64,000 nucleotides of DNA. Origin: Gracilinanus agilis (taxonomy: Eukaryota). The stretch lies in NCBI RefSeq assembly GCF_016433145.1, contig NC_058133.1, forward strand, positions 251,297,442 to 251,361,441, given 5' to 3'. A program made the position numbers and the translations under genes. Positions 1 to 10,812 of the stretch are shown in pieces. The first letter of the stretch is position 1. Each line of letters opens with the position of its first letter. A model generated the notes under the pieces. It saw nothing but the letters and a program-made list of their open reading frames with translations. It was not told where the DNA came from and searched no databases.

Positions 1-455
1 ATGCTCTATTCAGAGATTTAGAACCTACAGTCAACTGTAAGTCACTCCAAGACCCTGAAGTGGGAAGTCAGACTGAGGTTGATGCCAGCCATCTAGTTAA
101 AATGGGAGATGGGTAGGTGAGGGTGGTGCACTTCATTCTTTCCCTTTGTCAGTGCTGTGGATTACAAAGGGGGTTCAATCATTAGATAACTTCTAAAGAG
201 AAAGAAAATGAAATTACTCTGCTCAGGAAAACTGAGTCACTATCACAATCCCAGAAATAGTGGGATTCTCTTCACACAAGGATTAGAGCCCTGGGAAGTT
301 ATCTCTTTGCCTTAAAATGAGAAGCCAACTGTCCTAGGTGAAAATGCTTTTCTGATTCCCACTGGCCATAACTCTGGGATTTGGATAAAATTTTTCTCTG
401 TCCTTTTCTACACAGGGCACCAAAATTTTTCTAGGAGCCCATATATATCATAGGC

Positions 456-875
456 CTGTGATGATGAACCTATGGTACACCTACCAAAGATGGCATGCAG
501 AGCACTCTCTATGGGCATGTACTCTCCCCACCTCAGCCAGAGTTCATTACTAAAAAGGCAGAGAGATTCAAGTGGAGCTGCTCCCCTCCCCCTCTCCACC
601 ACACCTGATGCCATTTTTTCACATCCCCCACCCCACTGCCCAGCAGCCCAATGGGAGGGCATGGGGGGTAAGGTGGGAGGCTCACAGGTGGCAAAGCTAG
701 AGGGGAGCAGAGCATTAGGGTCACTCCCCTCCCCCTTTTCACCTGTACTAAATTCACTTTTTTCACTTCACTTGCCCCTCTACCCAATAGCCCAATGGGA
801 CTGCTTTCTCCCTCCCTTGTGTGGGGTATGTGGGTGGGGCAAAGCACTTGCTCTCTAAAAGGTTCACCATCACTG
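456..875. mobile_element. Non-autonomous hAT MITE (CAGTGATGGCGAACCT-type TIR, OposCharlie1/OC1-like), copy A
   Basis: Ends CTGTGATGATGAACCT ... AGGTTCACCATCACTG; flanks TCATAGGC/ACATAAGC (6/8). Oriented opposite to copies B-D. Confidence 0.75.
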
Positions 876-1137
876 ACATAAGCAATCACTTTAGAGGTTC
901 AGGCAAATTTCATCTGGATTTTTATCCCAAAAAGCACCCAAATTTTCACTTAATGAATCCCTCTCATTGCAATAACAATCCAATGGAATTTCAAGTTCAT
1001 GCAACAAGACAATAAGGCTCAGTCAAAGAAAGCAGCACAGGATCATATATGCTTCCAAATATAGGCAAGTCTCCCAAAAAAGGGGGAAAAAAAACAACAC
1101 AGAAAAAGGCACACAGAATAACCTTACCCTACAGACT

Positions 1138-2166
1138 TGTAGGGCATAAAGATCTCACAATAAGGCAAGCATTCTAGGTCTGTTCAGCCTGGTTCTGATT
1201 TCCCAAATTAGGAGGCACACCAAATAATGTAAAAGCAAGAGGTACTGTTTTATTGCAAGCTCGAGCTTGGGTTCTACAATGGAACAGGGAATGAGAGGTC
1301 TAGCCAGCTTATATAGTTTGAGTTCCAGGAAATGGGGGTGGGAGTGGGAATGGGGGGCTGAATGTTAACACATGCTTCCTATCATCCATTCACGAGATGT
1401 TACTGGTCAGGGGTCTTTCCCCGCCATTCATTAGGTGTTGCTATTTTTATCAGCTCTTATACCCAGTTGGCTTCCAGGCCTAACAAGTCTGTTTAAATAC
1501 AAGAACAAAAAGTTATTACCTCTTAACTAGGTTCTAGCATTCAAGTGATTCAGACTTCATATTAAATATCAATATCAATATTAATACTTAAACAAGATTC
1601 AGTAATACAGGAAGTATTGATACTTACACGTTCAACAAATCAACAAATCCAAGTCTGCAATATCATCTCAAATGGAACTGACTTGTAAGAGAATACACAC
1701 TGGAGGAAAAACACATTTTGGGGCTGGGTCATTTTCTTTAGGATCCTATAAACTTTGGTATATACAATTCAAAATACTTGATTTGTCCCAGGGAGCCCTG
1801 CAAACATGTAGGTCCGATTTTATTCTAGGTGAGGCCTCACCTGTAGTCCTCTCTTTTAGAGTCATTGTAGGTCTAGGTTTCACCAAGTTCATGTCTAGAT
1901 GGGGTATAACTGCCCATCATCTTCGGTTCCACTGGCCTGGGGTCCCAAAGGTTGTTCCTTGCTCCTTGGAGAATATATGCTACACTGACTCTGGAACCTA
2001 GACTCTGGAATGCTGAAATGCTAAAGTACCTTCCAGAACTTTTGAAACCTACAAGGTTATATACTCTCCACTCCCTTAACCCAGGACAGAAAAGGACAAA
2101 TATAGAGGCCAAAGACCAAAATCCACTTCTCAGGCTATCTGGCTTCAAAGAGGAAAAATCCTCCAT
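1138..2166 (-). mobile_element. Solo ERV LTR (about 1 kb)
   Basis: On the minus strand: TATATAA at 1315-1309, AATAAA at 1254-1249, and an end in ...CCCTACA. Flanks AGACT/AGCCT give a probable 5-bp TSD. Confidence 0.6.
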
Positions 2167-2224
2167 AGCCTTTATTTTATAGCATAGTCTCTAATCAGAT
2201 GCTGTGGATATATGCATGGAATAA

Positions 2225-2640
2225 ATGGGAACTCACCCATAAAATGGAAGAGGAGAACAGAACAGATTAGAAAACAGAATTTATTGATGTTGCTTATAAG
2301 AAAAACTTGAAACACAAAAATTCACATAATGTAAAGAAAAGAAACAAGTAAAATCTATTATACTTCATCCAAAATTTAAAAAGCAGGAATAATAATTGTG
2401 ATTGCAATAAGGCCATAGTAACTAAAGAAAAAGATAAAAATAGATAAGGATTTAGAAATTATATGCTAAAAGTACATTATTGTGCTAAAAGTGCCACAAT
2501 GAATTAATATCAATACTCCATAAATATACATCTAAAACCAATGCATTTAATACATAAAGGAAAAGTTAACTGAATTGGAGGAGTGGATGGTAAAATTGGA
2601 ATAGTCAAATATTTTAATGTACCCCTTTCAAACCTAGGCA
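2225..2640 (+). mobile_element. Degraded L1 ORF1-end/ORF2-start fragment
   Basis: A-rich text such as aatatacatctaaa..., ttaactgaattggag... and attttaatgtacccctttca. Confidence 0.45.
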
Positions 2641-4325
2641 AATAACAACAAAAAAAAGGCAAAGGAAATGAAATGCAAAAAATGCAAAAAAAAAAACAAG
2701 AAGAGAAGTGAGAATTTTTTAAACTACTTCAATGAAAGAAAAAAGAGACGAATTACATAATTAAATACAAAGAAGAAAGAAAGCAGAGTAAGTTAAGTAA
2801 AAATCTAAAACTGGGGAAAGGTGTGACAAAGGGAGAGGGAAGTTAGGAAGAAAGGAAGAAAACCTGTGGGAACAAGGTTACCTTTGAAGAGATTAAACTA
2901 AAAATATCCTGAAAACACAAAGTACTGTATAGAGGAATATGGGGAAATATTTTAATTTATAGACTTTTACCCTTTATTTCCTTTTAAACCCCTCTTCATG
3001 ATTCACACTCTATTGTTTTGTTGAGGAATCATCTCCCCTAATCTACTCTCCCTCTTATTTCCCTCTCCTTTATCCCCTTTCCATTCCCCTCCTCCTTCCT
3101 TGTTTATATATTCTTTTAATAGTGCATCCCAATTATGTGAACTAATTTTCCATCCCTTAATCCTCTTCCACCTACCCCACTCCACTCATTACACATAGAC
3201 CAGAAATGACAAATGAAAGGGCAAAACCCCAAGTCTGTTGCTCAGAGCCATATGGTCTGGGGAGAGGGGGAAATAAGTAGCCCTCAGGCCTTGGCCAGCT
3301 TCCCAAGTGGTGTCATGTACTGTGAATGATCAAGTCCTTAAGTCCTTCACCCCTAGATACCTAAGGAATAAGAGAGAGGGGGAGGGTGAAGAGAAAGGGA
3401 AAGATAGACAAAGACAGAGACAAGGAGACTAATTCCAGTCAGATAGTTTTAAAGACACAGACAAATGTGGCTATACAGCCAATTCAAAGAAGCTGCTCCC
3501 AAATACATGGCAGGCCAATCAGAATATACATGTCCCAGTCCTTCTGTTCCTAGTACCTCCCTTATTAGTGATGCCATTTTAGGAGATTGGTGAATGCGCT
3601 AAGTCCCCATTATAATTGTGTTATTCCAGTGTTATTCAAAGACAGCTCAGGCCAGGGACCTGCAAGCTTTTAGTGCCTCCAAAGTGAATTTGGAGCAAAG
3701 TCTGAGTGCTGTCTTTTTGGTTTGAACTTTGTAATCTCCTAACTTGGATTTGGGTCTAAGCAATGTGAATTATAAACTTGTTCTGGTTGGAATACAGTAG
3801 CAGGCAGCTAGATTCAACCACTCCAGTCTTCTGGAAAGCCCTGAAGATTAAGAAGGACAATGAATTAGTTAATAAATATTTATAAAGATATTATGTGCTG
3901 GGAGCTAGCTGAGAGTTGGGGATGCAAATACAGGCAAAAGACAGTGCCTGAGGCAGCAAGGTAACCGGGGTGGGAGTTCTGGGTTCAGATCTGACTTGAC
4001 AATTCCTAGCTGTGTGACTCTGGGCAAGTGATTGATTTTAAGACAGAAGATAGGATAAAAAAAAAAAAGACTGCCTGTCCTGAAGGAGCTTATATTCCAA
4101 ATTGAGGAGAGGAGGGAGACCTATACAAAAGAAAGCTAAAAGGAAAGGAGAGAAAAATAGAGGAAGGTATGATAGAGAAGTCCAGAGTAGTACTTTGTGG
4201 GGGAGTAGAAGAATAAAAAGATCCCTTTTGTTCTAGAATTCCTACCCTGGTTATTCTGCTACACGCTTCAACTGGATTGACTCTAACTGAGAATCTACTC
4301 ACCTCCCACAGTCAGTAACACAGGT

Positions 4326-4592
4326 ATAGGCAGCTAAGAGGTGCAGTGGATAGATAGCTGGACCAGTAATCAAGATAGAAGTTCAAATCCAGCCTTAGAC
4401 ACTTATTAGCTGTATGACCCTGGACAAGTCAACCTCTGTTTACCTTTGTCTCCTTAACCATAAAATGAGGATAATAATAGCATCTACCTCATAGGATTGC
4501 TGTGGAAATTAAATGAGATAATATTTGTAAAGCACTTAACACCGTGCCTGGCACGTAATAGATAATGTATAAATGTTACTGTAGCAGTAGTA
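4326..4592 (+). mobile_element. MIR-family CORE-SINE
   Basis: tRNA-like head, core, and MIR tail gtaaagcactt...cctggcacgtaatag. Confidence 0.8.
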
Positions 4593-5527
4593 GTTGTTAT
4601 TATTCCATCAGTATATAGCCTGGGGCCAAGAACCATTCCTTGCCTTCAATTGCCAACTCTCAGTACAGGAGCCGTTCTCAGGTCCTTGAATGGATCTGGG
4701 ACCCAACCATGGGATGTGAGTGACAAAACTATCAGCTGGCTCCTGTCCTGCACAAAGGCAGGGCCCCTTTTTAAGAGTGGAACCTCCTCTGACCAGCCTG
4801 GGCTGGTAGCTCAAGCAAATCGCCATCTGGTGGGCATTTCAGATACTGAACTCTCCTATTCAGTAATTAAGCTTGACAAGCTTTCTCTCCTTAGGCTTGA
4901 GGACGACAGCCCTTGACAAACCTGGGCTGCCAGCTTGAGTTAAGTTCCATTTGTTGGGAAATTCCGGTATTGACCTCTCTCGTTTAATAGTGAAAGGTGA
5001 CTGACACACTGGCTTTCTCTACTTAAGGAAAACAGACAGTACTTGAACCACAGCCAAACCCCAAGGGGCCCAGCTAGACCATCAAGGTCACAAAAGTGTC
5101 ACAATATAAAAAAGGTTTTACAAACTGTAACATTCTGTGTCCTTCTGACACTGTAGGTAACTTAGAAGAGTTATCAGGACCGAAGATATAGATTTGGGAA
5201 TGAGTACGTCACACACAAATTTAAATCATGGAAGGGAATGAGACTGGCAAGAGATACAGTACAGCTCTTCTCTGAAGAGATGAGGATGAGGGACTGAACT
5301 TTAAGGAGCATTTACTTTAAAAGGTTGGAGAGTAGATGAGGAGGCAACAAAGGGGACAGAGAATAGACAGCTGGGGGGAAGAGGGAGATGGTAACTGGTG
5401 CTAAGAGAGTAGTAGTAGCAAGTGAAAGCATATTTGAAAGTGTTTGGGCTGTTTTATTTTTTAAGTAAAACTGAAAATATCAAGGAATATTTTCTCTAGG
5501 CTAAGTTACTTTAAAAAGTGAAAGACA

Positions 5528-5730
5528 GGGGGTAGCTGGGTAGCTCAGTGGATTGAGAGTCAGGCCTAGAGACAGGAGGTCCTAGGTTCAAATCCAGCCT
5601 CAGACACTTCCCAGCTGTGTGACCCTGGGCAAGTCACTTGACCCCCATTGCCCACCCTTACCACTCTTCCACCTATGAGACAATACACCGAAAGTTAAGG
5701 GTTTAAAAGAAAAAAAAAAAAGAAAGAAAA
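5528..5730 (+). mobile_element. Young SINE1_Mdo-type SINE
   Basis: Head gtagctcagtggattgagagtcaggcctagag; 15-bp TSD AAAAAGTGAAAGACA. Confidence 0.9.
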
Positions 5731-5745
5731 AAAAAGTGAAAGACA

Positions 5746-5950
5746 GGGGGGCAGTCAGGTGGCTCTGTGGATTGAGAGCCAGGCTTGGTGTTGGGAGGTC
5801 CTGGGTTCAAATTTGACCTCAGATACTTACCAGCTGTGTGACCCTGGGCAAGTCACTTAACTCCTATTATCTAGCCTTTACCACTCTTCTGCTTTAGAAC
5901 CAATAAATACTATTGATTTTAAGACAGAATAAGAGTTTTAATTCTTTTAG
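5746..5950 (+). mobile_element. Older SINE1_Mdo-type SINE in tandem with the previous copy
   Basis: Diverged head and core; followed by AAAGTGAAAGA. Confidence 0.85.
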
Positions 5951-5974
5951 AAAGTGAAAGAGTTTTTGGAAGAA

Positions 5975-6330
5975 GAATTCAAAGCTATATATAACCATAT
6001 AAAAATGCTTTAAATCATTGTTGATTAGAGAAATGCAAGTCAAAACAACTCTGAGATAACATCTCATACCTATCAGATTGAATAAAATAACAAATGGGAA
6101 AAATGACAAATGTTAGAGGGTATGTGGGAAAATGGAGACCCTAATACATTGCTGGTGGAACTCAGAACTGATCCAACTATTTTGAAGAGCAAGCTGGAAT
6201 TATACATAAAGAGTTATTAATCTGTATACACCTTTTGACCCAGCAATATCATTATTAGGTTTATTTCCTAAGGTGATCAAGGAAAAAGGAAAAGAAACTA
6301 TATGTTCTAAAAGATTTACAGCAGCTTTTT
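5975..6330 (+). mobile_element. L1 ORF2 C-terminal fragment
   Basis: attagagaaatgcaagtcaaaacaactctgagataacatctcatacc...gacccagcaatatc, typical of the L1 ORF2 3' region. Confidence 0.7.
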
Positions 6331-6506
6331 AAAATAATAAACAGGGAAATATGTATAACTTATATCTTCCTACCTGCTTTCTTGGGGAAGCGGGTAAGGG
6401 AAGGAGGGAGGGAAAGAATACATAGTCTGGGGGAAAAAATTTTTTTTAAAGAGAGATTGAAGGGAAAAGGGGATGAAATGCTTTTAATGTGGTAAAAAGT
6501 AATTCA

Positions 6507-6724
6507 GGGAGCAGCTGGGTGGTTCAGTGGAGTGAGAGTCAGGAGAGATGGGAGGTCCTAGGTTCAAATCTGAACTCAAATACTTCCTAGCTATGTGACC
6601 CTGGGCAAGTCACTTAACCCCCATTGCCTTAACAAGCCCTAACCTTTACCATTTTTCTTCCTGGGAACCAATACATGGTATTGATTCAAAGACAGAAGGT
6701 AAAGGTTTAAAAACAAAATAAAAC
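6507..6724 (+). mobile_element. SINE1_Mdo-type SINE
   Basis: Head, core and A-rich tail. Confidence 0.85.
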
Positions 6725-7176
6725 ATGGTAACTAGTTTGAACAAAGAGGACCTCTTATGCTCTTTATTTCCAAGGGAAGTGCCCTCTATTCTATTTGAAA
6801 GGAAGCTCCCTTCTTACGTTATTCAGAAAAGATTCTCAATACCAATCTTTAGGAGTAGCCTCCTGGGTTCCCTGAAGGGATTAAATTCCATTGAGGGAAT
6901 TAAGTGATCCACACTGACTCTATCTTGGGAATCAGTTCTAGATCTGGCTCATTTCCCTTTCTATTCAATTAAAAATCTAGTCCAGTTTCTGTTTTGTGTG
7001 GAAACCTTATTCAATTGTGGGAATTGTGAGGAAATCAATTGCATCGTTTGAACCCCGTCCTTTATGACTTTGAAACTGGACTCCCTATACCTGCTGTTTA
7101 GGGATCCTTAACTAAAGAACAAAGTTATGCTGACCAGAAACCCAGTCAGATCCAAAAATTGATGCAAGGAGTTTTC

Positions 7177-7414
7177 CTTTTTTTTTTTTTTTAACTCAAA
7201 GTTATTTTATTTTTACAATTTCACATAACAACAATTTTCATACCTTTTTCAAAATTATAAGATCCAAATTATCTTCCTCTCTGCCTTCCCTATCCCTTCT
7301 CAGATGGAGATGGTAAATAATTTGCTGGGTTCTACAAGTATTATCAGGCAAAGTATACTTCCATATTGGTAATTGTTATAAGAGAATACTCAAATAAAAC
7401 CAGAACCCTCTGAC
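7177..7414 (-). mobile_element. 5'-truncated L1 3' end
   Basis: Poly-T at left; 14-bp TSD TGCAAGGAGTTTTC at 7163-7176 and 7415-7428, followed by TTAA. Confidence 0.8.
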
Positions 7415-8844
7415 TGCAAGGAGTTTTCTTAACAATTATACATCTTAAGCAACCCATATGTCTCATCTGAAAACTGGCTCCATAATGACCACTCAGTTTT
7501 GTCTTTCATGTTCTTTTGATTGTTTACACTCATTTGGGAGGAGTGGAACACCTCTTTTTCTGCATTCAGGAAATTCTATCTGTTCATTCTTCTCCCAAAT
7601 TGGAAAATTCCTAATCTTTCTTTCAATTAGAAATTAGATTGCCTAATGTGCTGTTTCCTTTTAATTATTTTGGTTTGCTTGTTTTTAATGTATTAATATA
7701 TATGTAATTGTTTTAAATGTATAAAATGTATTTTAATGTATAAAAGTCTGTCTCCCTCCCTATTTGGAAGGTCTAGTTCTAAAATGGAGGAAGTGACCTG
7801 GACTTGATTGGGCAGTTGGCAAGCAATGATTAATAAATTGAAATGCATGGAAACTTTAACCTTTGTTTCCTCAGTCATTTCATCTTTCACTCACCACAGA
7901 AAAGATAGTCAAGGAAGGAATGTGATAGTGGATTGGTTACTCAGCTCTTCTGGAAAGTAAACCTCAGACTGAATTTTTACATTTTGTGACTCTCTTCTTC
8001 AGGATTTCTGCTAACATTGCCTACAATTTCTTGGAATAGACATACTATAGGGAATGAGAAAATTAGAACAGGCTGAACATCTCTTTCCAAACTAGAAATG
8101 GTTGGATATTAAATAAATGATACATTTAATAGTTTGACAGACTTAAAATACATAGTAAAGTATTAAAATTTTTTCTTTTGTACAAGTAGTAACAGAGTGC
8201 TTTAAACTTTACAAAGTTCTTTATGTACATTTGATACTCACAACAATTTTGTACCATGGGTGTTGTTATCCCCATTTTACAAGTGAGGAAACAGAGGCTG
8301 AAAAGTTAAGTGACTAGGCTCACAGTCACACAGCTAAGAATTTGAACTCAAGTCTTCTAGACTTCAAGTTCGACATTGTATCCACTGTGCCATCTGGCTG
8401 CCAATAGGGATAAGGGCTCAGAAACTGTCATTGAATTTGGCATGTAGGAGGTAAGTCAAAAACCCAGACCAAGAGTAGTTCAGGTACTAGATGATGAAGA
8501 AGTAGAAGCTTAATGTGAAGACAATTATTCAAAGAAATTAAGTAATAAAGAGGAGGAGAGAAATGGGGCAGTAGCTGAATAGCTCAGAAGGAACAAGGAA
8601 AAATGATTTATGCTTTTTTTAATTTAAAAATTTTTTATTAAATTTTTTTATTGTTTTGCTTTTAGAATGATGGAAAATCTGAATATGTCTAGGTCATTTA
8701 GGAAGGAACCAGCAGGGAGGAACAGATGGAAGTTCCATAAGTTCTCTCCTATCCTACCCTGGCTAGCACCCAGACTTTCCCAGTATTTCTTATATCTCCC
8801 CCAATTCCCAATAAGTCTCAGATCCTAACAGTCCAGTCCCTTGG

Positions 8845-9925
8845 TTCAGTCAAATATTTACCAAGTTCCTACTATGTGCCAAGCACTATGCTAATTTCTA
8901 GAGATGCAAAGAAAAGTAAAAGACAGCCCTTACTCCCAAGAAGCTCATAATCTTACCAGAAAGATGGCATGCAAACAACTATGTACAAAAACAAAATTAA
9001 GAATAAATTTGAAATAATCAGCAGAGGGAAGACATTACAATTAAGGGAGATAAGGGAAGGATTTCTATAGAATAGAGGATTTTAGCTGGGACTGGAAGGA
9101 AGCCAAGGAAGTGAAGAGGTAAAAGCATTCTAGGTATGGGGGACAGCCTGTGAAAACTCTCATAGTGGAAAGATACTGTTTGAAAAATAGTTAGGAGGCC
9201 AATGTCACTGGATCAAAGAGTATTAAGGAAAGAGGCACAGTTAAGTGGTTCAATGGATTGAGAGCCAGGCCTAGAAAAAAAATCTGGCTTTAGACAATTC
9301 CTAGCAAGTCACTTAACTCCCATTGCCTAGTCCTTACCACTCTTCTGCCTTGGAACTAATATTGACTCTAACATGGAAGGTAAGGATTTTTAAAGAAAGG
9401 GTATTGGGGAGGAGGCAGTGTAAGGTATAAGAATACTGGAAAAGGTAGGGAGTGGTATCAGCTTATGAAGGGCTTTGAACAAAAGATTTTCTATTTAATT
9501 CTAGAGGTGATAGGGAGCCACTAGGATTTATTGAATAAGGGGAGGGGTGACATGGTCAGATCTTCAATTTAGGAAGATTCCTTTGATGGATGAGTAAAGA
9601 TCCAATGGGGATCTCAAACAGGGAGAGATTTGTGGCAGGAATTCTGATCAGCAGGCTATCATAACACTCTAAGTGTGAAATGATGAGGGCTTATACCAGC
9701 ATGGTAGCAGTGTCAAAAGAGAAAAGAGTATAAGAGAGAGTTGATATGAAGGTAAAAATTGGCAGGCCTTGGCAACAGATTAGACATGGGGACATGGAGG
9801 AGTGGGGTGAAAGTTTGGAGTTAAAGATGATAGGGAAGTTAGAAAGAGGAAAGGGGTTAGGGGAAAAAAAGATGAGTTTAGATTTGAACATATTGAATTT
9901 AAGATATCTAAGGCATCTAATTCAC
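8845..9925 (-). mobile_element. L2 fragment with an inserted SINE
   Basis: ctactatgtgccaagcactatgcta tail, gacatggtcagatct and gagggcttataccag, all typical antisense L2 text. Confidence 0.6.
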
Positions 9926-10479
9926 TGGTTCTTTCCATACCTTCTGCTAAACTCAAGTCCCAGCCCTAGGCTATGGTCCTCTCTTTCTGAAAGAGGAGAG
10001 CAAATGAAAAAAGACTATGATAATATCCCATGTACCCTTCAGGGGCTACACAATCCATTTTGTGAGGAAACCCAGTCCCTGAGCTCTATTTGCCAAACTT
10101 TTCTATGTTCTAATTTTTTTTCCCTCCTGGGATAGGTTTCCTATCTCAAGGGGAGTACCTGGTCTCAGGAGAATGGAGGAAAACTGGGAGAATCCATATC
10201 TTCATCTGGAGAGACTTCTCTGCATAGAAAAGGACTCCTAAAAACTTGAGGAGGGGGTTTTGAAGTAATGAAAATCAGCTGAGTCCATGTAATGACCCTA
10301 GACAACTTCCTCTTTGAAGTTCAACTTCCCCCTTTCCCCATACCCTCTCTCTCTCCCTCTCTCTTTCTTGCTCGACCCATAGCCACAAAGGTCGTCACCA
10401 CTGTTTTTGCCCCTTTCCACTTGTGTATCTCTCCCTTATCTATCTTTCCTGGTTCCAGGTCTCTGCCACACCTACCACC

Positions 10480-10492
10480 TGCCCTTTGTCCC
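10480..10492 (-). promoter_or_regulatory. HNF4-type DR1 motif upstream of TM4SF5
   Basis: TGCCCTTTGTCCC, which reads GGGACA-A-AGGGCA on the minus strand, 150 nt before the ATG. Motif match only. Confidence 0.45.
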
Positions 10493-10641
10493 TTATACCA
10501 GGCTCCCTTCCCCAGAGATAGTACGATCACTTTCTCTTACTCTTCTCAACTCTCTCTGCTGTTCTTTATTTCTTACAATTCTCCCTCTTTGCCTCTTCTC
10601 CAACTTCTTCAGGGAGCCTTTGTTTCTCTCCTCCAATTGTC

Positions 10642-10812
10642 ATGTGTACAGGGAAGTGTGCCCGATGTCTTGGGCTCAGCCTTATTCCACTGTCCCTCAT
10701 CTGCATACTGGCCAATATCCTCCTTCTGGTGCCCAACGCGGAGACCAAGTGGACTGACCATCTCAGCAAGCATGTGTGGTTCATGGCAGGCTTTCTTGGC
10801 GGGGGCCTTTTG
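10642..10812 (+). CDS. TM4SF5: TM4SF5 coding exon 1 (57 codons)
   Basis: ATG at 10642; [57 protein letters not shown]; donor GTGAGA at 10813. This frame is not in the ORF track. Confidence 0.95.

Noticed and set aside
472-889. Recurrent similar ORFs at 408-889, 30599-30862, 39621-39966 and 58097-58382 suggesting a gene family
   Set aside because: They are translations of the related hAT MITEs and encode no transposase.
1127-1144. CCCTACA-gact-TGTAGGG hairpin at the LTR edge, suggesting a tail-to-tail LTR pair
   Set aside because: Only 7 bp of inverted match, and the flanking sequence shows no further LTR homology.
5528-5600. tRNA-like heads (A/B boxes such as GGTTCAAATCC) as tRNA genes
   Set aside because: All continue into the CORE-SINE body and A tail, so they are SINEs rather than tRNAs.
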